The notes under the pieces are model-generated. The model did no database searches, was not told where the DNA came from, and was given only the letters and a program-made list of their open reading frames with translations. Source: Candidatus Multivoradales bacterium (GTDB taxonomy: Bacteria; Acidobacteriota; Thermoanaerobaculia; Multivoradales; Multivoraceae). From it: a stretch of 64,000 nucleotides of DNA. The DNA is taken from the NCBI GenBank assembly GCA_965223325.1, contig CBDCWI010000002.1:4320001-4384000 (forward strand). The letters run 5' to 3'. Position numbers and translations under genes: made by a program. Positions 37,895 through 47,652 of this stretch are shown one piece after another; position 1 is the stretch's first letter, and each line of letters begins with the position of its first letter.

Positions 37895-40321
37895 ATGACC
37901 GTTGCCTACAACCCCGTTCCTGGTGCCTCGCCGCCTTCGAACTACAAAGCGCCCTCACCGGGCGCCACACCACAACCCGCCAAAGCCCCCGGCGACAGCT
38001 ATGTCGGGGGCCCCGCCGGAGGGACGAGTGGTCACAGCCCGGGCCGACTGCACAAGATCAAGCGCTATCTCGAGCGCCTGTCCGCACAGGACCTCGAGCG
38101 TCTGGCGGCGAAGCAGTTCGCTCCCATCCAGGAACTCACCATCGGGCTGTCGGCTGCCGACCAGGCAACCGTACAGAACATGCTCGTTCAGAAGCTCGAG
38201 GCGGCCGGAGTTGCACTGCCAGGGGCCGGTGGTCCTGGCGGTGCGGAGGCGGATCAGGAGATCGCGCCCGGTGTGACGCTTGGCGAAATCGCTCCGCAGA
38301 CCGCCTGGGATGCCGTTCAGATTCGCCTGCCAAAAAGCCAGGACGAGATCAAAGCGATTCTGCGAGAGAACTGGGACCAGCGAGCAGAGACCGAAGGCGA
38401 CCAGATCCTGCCGGGTAAGCCGCCGGGTCAAGCCGTTATCGACTGGCACGAAGGCTCGGTCAACCACCTGATCAACTTCGGCATGGACGTTGGTGCGCTG
38501 CCGCACGAGATCAAACACGACGCCGCGGTCACCGCACGCAATCTCCTGGGCTACGCCCCAGGTGAGACGCCTGGCGGCGGGCCCAGGCCGCTCGCCGAAG
38601 AGGCCGTCTTCGGCGCCGTCTTGATGCGCATTCCCGAGGAGCGCGTCAACCCATACCAGCTCAAGTCGGCGCTCAAGTTCGTTGCCAAGGCCAAAGACGG
38701 CGCCGAACAGGCGCGCCGCCTGACCCAGACCATCGAGGGAATGCAGGTGCTCGACAAGGCCGGCTCGCCGCCGGTCACCGACACGATGCTCGAGCAGTGG
38801 CTGTACCAGAAGCACGACGTGCCGTTCGTGGCGATGCGCATGAGCCCGCAGGAGCTGCGCGAGAAGCACGACGAGATTGCCTTTATCCAGTCGGCGCCCG
38901 GGCACCACGAGGTCGGGCTGTCCAAGCACCGCACCTTCAAGATCGATAACGACGAACAGGGCAACACGACCCACGTCGAGGTCCACAAGAAGAGCGGCTG
39001 GTCGCGCTTCAAGGAGAAGTCGATCAAGTGGGCCGGCATTGCGTTCACCATCATGAGCTTCATTCCGCCGGTTGCCTGGATCGGCATGATCGGCAACGCC
39101 GCCATTTCGCTCTACCAGGGCTACAAGAACAAGGACTGGGTGGGTGGCATCGTTGGTGCCGCGGCGTCTTTCGCTGGTGCCGGTGCCGCCGGAGTGGCGG
39201 GCGCCGCGACCAAGGCTGCCCAGACCATGGCGACGGTTGGCAAGTACGCCGCCGTGGCTGGCGGCTTGATGGACGCCTATGCGGCCAAGAAGCGCGGCGA
39301 CTCGGCGGGTTTCTGGGGTGGCGTGGCTGGCTCAGTAGCGACCGCCTTCGGTGGCAAGCTCAACCGCGTCGGCGAGAAGGCGACCACGATGAGCCAGAAG
39401 ATCGGCGACTGGGCGGCGCGCGCTGCTGCTGCGGCCGACGGCTACAAGGCGGCCAAGAACGGTGACTACCTGGGCGCGGCAAGCGTTGGCTTGCGGATCG
39501 CCGCGTCGCTCGACGCTACTGGTGAGAAGGTCGATGCCAAGCTCCTGAAGACCGCCGATGGGTTCGACAGGTACCTCAACCCGGCTCTTGCGGCGGCTCG
39601 CAACGAGGACTACTTCGGAGCGGCATCCGGGATCGCCGGCTTCTTGAGTTCCTATGGTGGCAAGAACCAGAAGGCGTGGGAGAACACCGCCATCGCCCTT
39701 CAGGCCCTGGGCTATTCAAAGGAGGCGATCGAACACAAGCAGTGGGGTGCTGCTGCTGCCGGCATCGCCGGGGCTGCCGCGCGCTGGCGCGAGACCTACG
39801 AGAACCGGCGTGATGCCAAAGCCGGCGAGACCGGCGTATCGACCCCCGATGCCGCTGACACCGATTCCGAAACCCGAAAGAAGATGGAGGTCTCGGACCT
39901 GCTCGACCACCTCTCGAAGGGCCTCAACTACCTCGACAGCGGCTACCAGCTACTCAAGGAGCATCGCTACAAGGAAGGTGCAGCAAGCCTGCGTGGTGCC
40001 TCGGCCGACTATCTCGCGGGCAACAGCATCGGCCGCAGCGTCGAGCGCCAGGCCCAGATCGTCGACCAGATCGTCTCGGTGGCCGAACGCCTCGAGGCCG
40101 GTGACTATGAGCGTGGCGGCGTTGAGCTCAACTACCTGGCGACGATGCTCACCGGTGCCGGTCTCGACGACCTCAAGGCCGAGCTCGAAGGCGCGGCACG
40201 TTACTTCGTCGAAGTCGGTCGCGCGGGTCAGGAGCCCTCGGCCGAGGCCGAACAGCGTTTGAGCATGGCCCTCGAGGCGATGTTCAAGGCGTGGGCTCCC
40301 GAGGTGCAGCAGGCAGCCTGA
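37895..40321 (+). CDS. Large orphan protein with hydrophobic/glycine-zipper region (effector/pore-former-like)
   Basis: RBS GGAG, ATG 37895; Pro/Ser-rich N-terminus, no Sec signal, central hydrophobic hairpin, repeated D(Y/W).G(A/G)...G units. Confidence 0.8.
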   Translation: MTVAYNPVPGASPPSNYKAPSPGATPQPAKAPGDSYVGGPAGGTSGHSPGRLHKIKRYLERLSAQDLERLAAKQFAPIQELTIGLSAADQATVQNMLVQKLEAAGVALPGAGGPGGAEADQEIAPGVTLGEIAPQTAWDAVQIRLPKSQDEIKAILRENWDQRAETEGDQILPGKPPGQAVIDWHEGSVNHLINFGMDVGALPHEIKHDAAVTARNLLGYAPGETPGGGPRPLAEEAVFGAVLMRIPEERVNPYQLKSALKFVAKAKDGAEQARRLTQTIEGMQVLDKAGSPPVTDTMLEQWLYQKHDVPFVAMRMSPQELREKHDEIAFIQSAPGHHEVGLSKHRTFKIDNDEQGNTTHVEVHKKSGWSRFKEKSIKWAGIAFTIMSFIPPVAWIGMIGNAAISLYQGYKNKDWVGGIVGAAASFAGAGAAGVAGAATKAAQTMATVGKYAAVAGGLMDAYAAKKRGDSAGFWGGVAGSVATAFGGKLNRVGEKATTMSQKIGDWAARAAAAADGYKAAKNGDYLGAASVGLRIAASLDATGEKVDAKLLKTADGFDRYLNPALAAARNEDYFGAASGIAGFLSSYGGKNQKAWENTAIALQALGYSKEAIEHKQWGAAAAGIAGAAARWRETYENRRDAKAGETGVSTPDAADTDSETRKKMEVSDLLDHLSKGLNYLDSGYQLLKEHRYKEGAASLRGASADYLAGNSIGRSVERQAQIVDQIVSVAERLEAGDYERGGVELNYLATMLTGAGLDDLKAELEGAARYFVEVGRAGQEPSAEAEQRLSMALEAMFKAWAPEVQQAA

Positions 40322-40349
40322 GTCGAACCGCGGAGCGAGAACTCCTGGT

Positions 40350-41465
40350 TCAAGGCGCCAGTTGACGCGTCGCCGCCGCGCGGCGGCGCGCGGCCAGGGT
40401 CGACGCAGGCTCGATAGCCAGGGCACGGTCGGCGGCCGCGAGCGCCTTCTCCGGCTCGCCCAGGGCGAGAAGAATGGAGGAGTAGGTGCAGTGCAGGCGG
40501 GCATCGCCTGCCTTGGCGCGCAGGGCCGACTCGAGGACGGCAAGTGCTTCCCGGGGCCGGTCGAGCTCGCGCAGCGCGATGGCCATGGTGTTCTGTGCTC
40601 CGACGCTCAGCCTGCCGCCGTCACTGGTGCTCGAGCGGATTGCGAACAGAGCCTGCTCAGGGCGCCTTTTTCGCAAATGGTGGGCGGCTGCGATTTCCCA
40701 GGCGTTCGCGAGCAGCGCATTCTCGCGTGTCGTTGGGGCGATCGACTCCGCATAGCGATCGTTGTAGAACTGGATGTAGTGCGCCAGAGGTTTCCATTGA
40801 GACGAGGAAGCGCCGGCTTCGAAGACCCACGGCTTGCGGTTTCGATCGTAGACCAGAAGGGCCAGGTGGTCCGAAGTGCTGAGCGCCCCGAGCTGTCGGG
40901 AGAGACCGAGCCGAGGCCTGAGCCGATCGACCCGATCGAGGATCGCATCCAGGAGGACCACTCCGCTGTCGCAGTCGACCCAGAATGCTTCGCCGTGATG
41001 CGGCGCGCCGGGGTGCAGGCGTTGTTGGTCGAACCGCAGCGACAGAAGCGTGTTGTCGCCACCCTCGCGTTGCCACTGCACGCCGGCTAGTTGAAGGAGC
41101 TCGGCGGCCCGTTCGACGAGGGCGTCGGTCTTGCGGATCTGATCCGCTTCCCGTACCAGTCGGGCCGCCGTTTGATCGCGCAGGCGAAGCACTCGCCGTG
41201 CTCCGCGGGCGGCGCGCTCCTTGGTGGTGTTCGAATCGTAGGCAACCGTTTCCCGGTCGATCAGGAGCCGGGCCTCGAGACGTTTGCCATGTCGCGCCAG
41301 CTTGGCTGCGCGCTCGGCGAGCGCACCCTCTTCAAAGGCAGCTGAGCCCGCGACTGCTCGCGCCTCGGATGCCAAGAGAGCAGCGGCGGCCAGGACCGAG
41401 GCCAGCAGGGTGGAGCGCGCACTCCATCCCGAAGAGCAAACCGTTCGTACCTGCTTGGGGACCAT
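40350..41465 (-). CDS. Exported transglutaminase-like (Cys/His) domain + TPR protein
   Basis: Signal-like N-terminus, DCDS...DHLALLV...FEA motif, C-terminal TPRs. Start uncertain. Confidence 0.6.
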   Translation of the reverse strand: MVPKQVRTVCSSGWSARSTLLASVLAAAALLASEARAVAGSAAFEEGALAERAAKLARHGKRLEARLLIDRETVAYDSNTTKERAARGARRVLRLRDQTAARLVREADQIRKTDALVERAAELLQLAGVQWQREGGDNTLLSLRFDQQRLHPGAPHHGEAFWVDCDSGVVLLDAILDRVDRLRPRLGLSRQLGALSTSDHLALLVYDRNRKPWVFEAGASSSQWKPLAHYIQFYNDRYAESIAPTTRENALLANAWEIAAAHHLRKRRPEQALFAIRSSTSDGGRLSVGAQNTMAIALRELDRPREALAVLESALRAKAGDARLHCTYSSILLALGEPEKALAAADRALAIEPASTLAARRRAAATRQLAP

Positions 41466-41537
41466 TGATCCCCAAAATAGCACCGACTACGACTCGTCCC
41501 TCGCGATTCGTCCCAAGGCAGAGTTGGCGAGGTTGCT

Positions 41538-44501
41538 CTAGTGCCGCTCGAGCAACAGGTTGGTCACCCGTCCTGCATCCAAACGAAGTCTGCCGGGCAA
41601 AGCCTCTCCGCCTGGATTGCGCAGGGCGAGGAAACCATCAGTCCAAAGCGGCCCCTCTTCGTCATCGGCAGACGACCATCGCAGCTTCGTCTCGAGCCCC
41701 GGCGGCACCGAGATCGCCAACAGACCGTTCTCGAACGAGATCTCTTAGGTTACGTCGAGCTCCGCGCTGTACCAGCGGCCGACGTAGGGCCGCGCGTCAG
41801 CGGCAGCGGCTGGTGGCGGGATCTCGGTGCTGTCTTGCCCGATCGAGAGCAGTTCCGGTTCGCGAGCGGTCTGCGCCTTCTCGGGTTCCATCCTCGCCCC
41901 GAGCAAGACCTCCGCGGTCCGTTGGGCAAGGCGTGTGGACCAAGCGTCAGCACGGTTGCACAGTACGACGGTGGCGAGGTTCTCGCTCGGCCAGGTGGTC
42001 ATATTCGCGCGGTAGCCGACGAAGGCGCCGCCGTGCCCGAGCGTCTCCAGCCCTCGATGTTCGCCGTACGTGATGCCGAAGGCGTAGGGGTGGAGTTCCG
42101 GTTCTCCGTTGTCGCTTCCTTTCGAGTCGCCTCCGCGCAGCGGCTGGCGCGTTCGGATGAGATCGTGGAAAGGAGCGCCGAGCACCCGCGGCTCGAGCAG
42201 CTCCCGGGCCCACCGCGACATGTCCTCGACGTTCGAGAAGACGCCGCCGTCCCCGACCATGTCGAGGGTCGTCATCGACTGCCGCCAGTGCTGGCCTGGA
42301 CTCTCGGCGTAGCCGTTGGCCCGATGGGCGACGACGTGCGCGTGGTCGTCGTGAAAATGGGTGTCGGACATGCCGAGAGGTTCGAAGATCAGCTCGTCGG
42401 CAACTGCGCGAAGCGACCGGCCGGTGACCCGTTGGACGATCTGCGACATCAGGAAGTAGCCGCTGTTGCTATAGAGAAACTCGGCACCGGGCTCGAAGTT
42501 CAGCTCTTGTTGGCGCTCAATCATCGCCGAAGCTTCAGCGTCGGTGTAGAAGTCATCGCCTCGCTTGCCGGCCAGGAACATGAGCGTCAGGTAGTCCCGA
42601 ACGCCGCTTGTATGGTGGATGAGTTGGCGCGTGGTGACTTCGTTTCCCCATTCGGGAAGGTTTGCCAGGTAGCTCTTGATCGGCACATCGATATCGAGAG
42701 CGCCGCGCAGGTGAAGAAGCGCAACGGTGGCGGCAGTGAACTGCTTCGAGACCGAGCCGATACGAAAAACCGTCTTTGAGTCGATCGCGGTTCGGGCTTC
42801 GAGGTTGGCCATACCGTAGCCACGCGAGAACTCGAGCCGCCCGTCTCTCACGACGCCGAGAGCGCAACCCGGTGCGTGGGTTCCTCCCATTCCGTGGTCA
42901 GAGAAGACATCGTCAAGGGCGGTGATCACCTGCGGGTCATGCGGGTCCCTTACGCCGGCTCGACGAAGGGCACGCCCGGGTCGTTCGCCGGTCGCGCGGC
43001 CGCGATCCCAGACCGTCCGCCCGTTGACCCACACTCGCACGATGCCCAGGGAGGTCTTGGAGGGTTCCTCGAAGGTTGCCCGGTCGCGGACCGTCTCGGC
43101 GTCGAAGAGCACCAGGTCGGCTGGTCCTCCGACCCGGATGACACCGCGCAGCAACTGACCATCTTTGCCGGTCAGGCCGACGTTCCTGGCGGCCAACGCC
43201 GAAGTCTTGTGGCTCGCCTCGGCCAGGGTCACTGCCCCCGCCTCGCGCACGATCATGGCGAAGAAGCGCGGGAAAGACCCCGCGCCCCGCGGGTGGCGAT
43301 CGGCGAGGGCACCGTCGCTCGAGACGTTGGTGTACTTCCAGGTGTAGAGCTCTTCGATGTCTTGTTGTGACATCGAACGCGCGATGATCGACTCGCCAGA
43401 GGCACCGGTCTTCTGCCGCCATTCTGCGGCTTCGGCGAGCAGGTCGAGATAGAGGTCGACCGGGTCGACCTTGCGTGCACGGGCGATCTCGTCGAGGGTG
43501 CGACCGACGAGCTCAGGCTGGGGGGCCCAGCGCGACAGACGAAAGCCATCTGGCGGCGCGAGCTCGCGGAGGGCGAAGGCGGCCGTCTCCCGGTTGTCGA
43601 AGTCACGCTCGGGGAAGAGCACCGTCATCGTCGACTGCCACGCGTCGTAGGGGTAGACGTCTGCCGAGACTTCGATCCCCTCGTCACGCGCTGCCTGCAG
43701 GCGAGCGATCACCTCGTTGGCACGCCCGTGCAGGCTCTTCATGGCGAGTTTGAGGTGCGACGCCTGGACTGGGATCTCGGCCCGCCGTCCAATCTCGATC
43801 AGCTCGTCGAGGGCCTCCAGCACTTGGCGGTCTTCAGAGCGCATGTGTGAGACGTAGCGCCCGTCATGGCGTGCAACGGCCTTGGCCAACGCGACCACCT
43901 CGTCGGTCGTGGAGTAGATCCCCGGGTCGTACTCGAGCCCGCTCGACAGGCCGAGGGCGCCGTCGCGCATCGCTTGTTCGACAAGTCCGACCATGCGTTC
44001 GACCTCGTCTTCGGTGGCGGCGCGCTCGAAGTCGTCGCGCATGACGGCGGCCCGAATCGTTCCGTGGCCTACGAACGTAGCCACGTTGACTGCCGCGGGC
44101 TGCCTATCGAGGCCGCGCAGGAAGCGGCCGACTGGAAGCGATGAACCACCGTCCTGGCCAACGACGATGGTCGTGATGCCCTGACTGATCGCTGCTTCGG
44201 CGAGCGGCTCGTCGAAAAGGCCGATGTCGTGGTGGCTGTGAGTATCGACGAAGCCCGGCATCAGAACCAGGCCCGCGGCCTCGATGACGCGGTCGGTGCT
44301 CTGCGTCATCGCTTCGGCCTCGCGGCCCAGCGCGGCCACCGCATCGCCTTCGATGCGGACCGTCAGAACGCGACCATCGGCACCACTGCCGTCGAAGACG
44401 GTGGCACCTTGGATCACGGTTGCCGGGCGGCTCTGTGCGGCGACCGCCGCAGTAGTCAGAAGAAGCGCGCCGAGCGCACCGAGGGCGCTGCTAGGACGCA
44501 C
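41538..44501 (-). pseudogene. D-aminoacylase-like amidohydrolase fused to beta-lactamase-like serine hydrolase, with in-frame TAA at 41745-41747
   Basis: PGFVDTHSH, HMRSE, HPRGAG; SVSK, YSN, HGG. The frame continues 68 codons past the TAA to TAG at 41538. The truncated product may still be active. Confidence 0.75.
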
Positions 44502-46137
44502 CGCGACGGACGGCGAAGGCGCGGTCGATGGCGTTCATGTGCTCGATGCGCAGGTTGCTGCCAGCCTGGATGGTTTCACCGAGCTCCATGTAGGCCTCAC
44601 TCTCGGGTGTGAAGGCCGGCCACTCCGGGAAACCATCGCCGTTCGGGTTGCCCGTCCTGGCGAAGCGCACCCAGAGATCGGCGATGGTCTCGGAGAACTC
44701 CTCGTCGGCCTCGGTCGGTTCGGCGCCGAAGAGCGTCAGGTCGCCAAAGACATAGCCGAGCTCGCCAGCATGAAAGGCGCCGAGGTCGGTGTCACCCGGG
44801 ACCGGCGGGCTCCAGGTGAAGTAGTACAAGTAGGCCGGGCTGCTGGCATTTGCCATGCCGCGTGCCCAGGCGCGCTGCGGATAGGCGAACAGTACGTCAC
44901 TGAAGAGATCGATCCAGGCGCGGCGCGCCTCATCGTCGCCCACCGGGTAGAGCACCTTCGCCTCGTCTCCGAGTTCAGGAAGGGTCATTGCCAGGTAGCG
45001 CTCGAAGCCGACGTTGCCGGCGCCGAGAGCGGTGGCGAGGTAAGGCAACAGGGTCGACCCCTCATCGGCGTTGGAGCCGGTCATGACTGGAACGTCACTC
45101 TGGTCTCCGGCGGCGAAGATCTCGGCGACTTCCCTGGGGATCGCATGGCCGTCGACGATGGCCAGTCCTTCGTAGGCGGCGAACGGCTGAAACGCCTCGA
45201 GCACCCTGGCGGGATCCTGGGCGCGCAGCGCGGCGAGCGATGCCTCCGCTTCACCATCGTCGGCGGCTGGCAGGAGCGCCTTTGTAAACTCCTCGCCTCG
45301 CGCCTCGGCCGAGGGAGTCCAGCTGGTTGCCTCGGTACGGTGAACCATGGGTTGGAACGAGCCACCGCTTTGTCCGATGGCGCGATGGAACATCCCCTTG
45401 GCAAGCGGCGAGGCCTGCACCAGCGAAACGCTGAGTGCACCAGCAGACTCTCCGAAGATGGTGATGTTGTCCGGGTCTCCGCCGAAGGCCGAAATGTTGT
45501 TGCGCGTCCACTCGAGTGCCTTGATCTGGTCGAGAATGCCCTGGTTGCCGGAGGTGCCGTGCGGGCTTTCGGCCGACAGTTCGGGGTGCGCCAGGAAGCC
45601 GAAGGCACCGAGGCGGTAGTTGATCGTCACCAGCACGACGCCCTTCTTGGTGAGCAGGTCGCCTCGATAGTCGCCGCCGCTACCCGCCGTCAGACCGCCG
45701 CCGTGAATCCAGAACATCACCGGCAGGCGGTCGTCTTGCGAGGTGGCGCGCGACCAGACGTTGAGCGTCAAGCAGTCTTCTGAGACCGCGCTGTACGACT
45801 GGTTGTAGAAGCCGCCGTCAGGGCCCGCCAGCTGCTGACACGCAGCGCCGACCTCGGTGGCACTGCGCGTACCCTCCCAGGCGACGACTGGTTGCGGTTC
45901 GCGCCAGCGGAGCGCGCCGACCGGGGGGGCTGCATAGGGAATACCGAACCAGACGGGTGTTCCGTCGGCACTCGTCGTACCAACGATGGCGCCGCCGGTT
46001 ACCGCGATTTCAGCAGTGATACCAGTCGCCGTCTGGTCAGCACCGGTCTCGTTCATGTCGCAAGCCGCGAGGGTAGAGATCAAGAGCAGAAGCAAAGTGG
46101 GAAGAGCAACGTTCCTGAAAAGGGTGAACAACGCCAT
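44491..46137 (-). CDS. Type B carboxylesterase lipoprotein
   Basis: Lipobox LAAC, GIPYAAPPVG.LRW, SEDCLTLNVW, HGGG, FGESAG, FHAGEL. Confidence 0.95.
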   Translation of the reverse strand: MALFTLFRNVALPTLLLLLISTLAACDMNETGADQTATGITAEIAVTGGAIVGTTSADGTPVWFGIPYAAPPVGALRWREPQPVVAWEGTRSATEVGAACQQLAGPDGGFYNQSYSAVSEDCLTLNVWSRATSQDDRLPVMFWIHGGGLTAGSGGDYRGDLLTKKGVVLVTINYRLGAFGFLAHPELSAESPHGTSGNQGILDQIKALEWTRNNISAFGGDPDNITIFGESAGALSVSLVQASPLAKGMFHRAIGQSGGSFQPMVHRTEATSWTPSAEARGEEFTKALLPAADDGEAEASLAALRAQDPARVLEAFQPFAAYEGLAIVDGHAIPREVAEIFAAGDQSDVPVMTGSNADEGSTLLPYLATALGAGNVGFERYLAMTLPELGDEAKVLYPVGDDEARRAWIDLFSDVLFAYPQRAWARGMANASSPAYLYYFTWSPPVPGDTDLGAFHAGELGYVFGDLTLFGAEPTEADEEFSETIADLWVRFARTGNPNGDGFPEWPAFTPESEAYMELGETIQAGSNLRIEHMNAIDRAFAVRRGAS

Positions 46138-46315
46138 GGGTTGGCCTCCTTGGCACCGCTGGGCGATCGCCTCAGGACCAGAGAGCGCAAAGACTCACGG
46201 TCCGCCGCAGCGGCTCAGGTTGTTTCAAAAAGGGGGGGACGGGCGGAATCTTATCGGAGGTCCCGCCGGGCCCCAGCCGCAACTCTTGAGGTTCAAGGCC
46301 CGTAGAAGGTCTTCA

Positions 46316-46984
46316 ATGCGAGGAATCGAGCAGATCCCATGGTGCTACGACACTTTGATGGGAATCTCCGAGCGCACCGGTCTCGGACGTTGGCGCCGCT
46401 GGCTCACCTCCGGCAGCCAGGGACAAGTCCTCGAAGTCGGCAGCGGCACCGGCCGCAACCTGCCGCTCTACCCCGGCGACGCCAAAGTCATCGGCCTCGA
46501 GCCCGCCTTCGCATCACTCCTCGCAGCCCGCAAGAAGTCCCCCGATACCCGCCTCGTCCTCGGCAGCGCCGAAGACCTGCCCTTCAGACCGAACAGCTTC
46601 GACACCGTCGTCTCCGGCCTGGTCTTCTGCAGCGTCCCCGACCCCATGCGCGGCCTCTCCGAAGTCGCCCGAGTCCTCCGCCCAAGCGGCACCCTGCGCA
46701 TGTTGGAGCACGTCCGCGCCAAGAGCCACTGGGGAGGAAGATTCCAGGACCTCATTCTGCCCCCCTGGAAATTCGTCACCGGCGGCTGTCACCTCAACCG
46801 TGACACCGAAGCCAACGTAAGAAACGCCGGCTTCCAGATCCAGCCCGACCGGAAAGAAGACGGCTCCCTACGCTGCTTCAGCGCAGTTCCGCCGCGCGAG
46901 GTGAGTCGCGATCGAGTCCAAGCCGAGGGCCGTATGACCCCGTTGACGCCGCCTCGGGGCAACGGCCTGCAGCTCGGGTTGTAG
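46316..46984 (+). CDS. Class I SAM-dependent methyltransferase (METTL7-like); last ~20 aa read from repeat unit 1
   Basis: VLEVGSGTG, FDTVV..LVFCSVPDP, RVLRPSG..LEHV, GGCHLNRDT; TAG lies inside the repeat. Confidence 0.92.
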   Translation: MRGIEQIPWCYDTLMGISERTGLGRWRRWLTSGSQGQVLEVGSGTGRNLPLYPGDAKVIGLEPAFASLLAARKKSPDTRLVLGSAEDLPFRPNSFDTVVSGLVFCSVPDPMRGLSEVARVLRPSGTLRMLEHVRAKSHWGGRFQDLILPPWKFVTGGCHLNRDTEANVRNAGFQIQPDRKEDGSLRCFSAVPPREVSRDRVQAEGRMTPLTPPRGNGLQLGL

Positions 46985-47652
46985 CCGTAGAATCCGAGTA
47001 GGCGCGCGCCCAGCGACTCGCAGTCGTTCGCCGCGTGTACAGGGCGGCCTCCCGGCGCCGTCGGCCCGCGCTTCGGACCGCTTGCGCCGTCCCCCTTGAG
47101 GGGGTACCAGGGGGTGAGGTGACATTGATTGGGGTCGTGGTAACGACGGATCGCGCTCGCGAGATCGCCTCTCTCTACCAACAGCCTCACCCAAGCCGAG
47201 CGCGATACGAGGGCCGTATGACCCCGTTGACGCCGCCTCGGGGCAACGGCCTGCAGCTCGGGTTGTAGCCGTAGAATCCGAGTAGGCGCGCGCCCAGCGA
47301 CTCGCAGTCGTTCGCCGCGTGTACAGGGCGGCCTCCCGGCGCCGTCGGCCCGCGCTTCGGACCGCTTGCGCCGTCCCCCTTGAGGGGGTACCAGGGGGTG
47401 AGGTGACATTGATTGGGGTCGTGGTAACGACGGATCGCGCTCGCGAGATCGCCTCTCTCTACCAACAGCCTCACCCAAGCCGAGCGCGATACGAGGGCCG
47501 TATGACCACGTTGACGTCGCGTTTCGGGAACTGTGAACCCATCAAGTCATAGCCGTAGAATCCGAGTAGGCGCGCGCCCAGCGACTCGCAGTCGTTCGCC
47601 GCGTGTACAGGGCGGCCTCCCGGCGCCGTCGGCCCGCGCTTCGGACCGCTTG

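Noticed and set aside
41745-41747. Programmed recoding (Sec/Pyl)
   Set aside because: The codon is TAA, not TGA or TAG; a point mutation or error is simpler.
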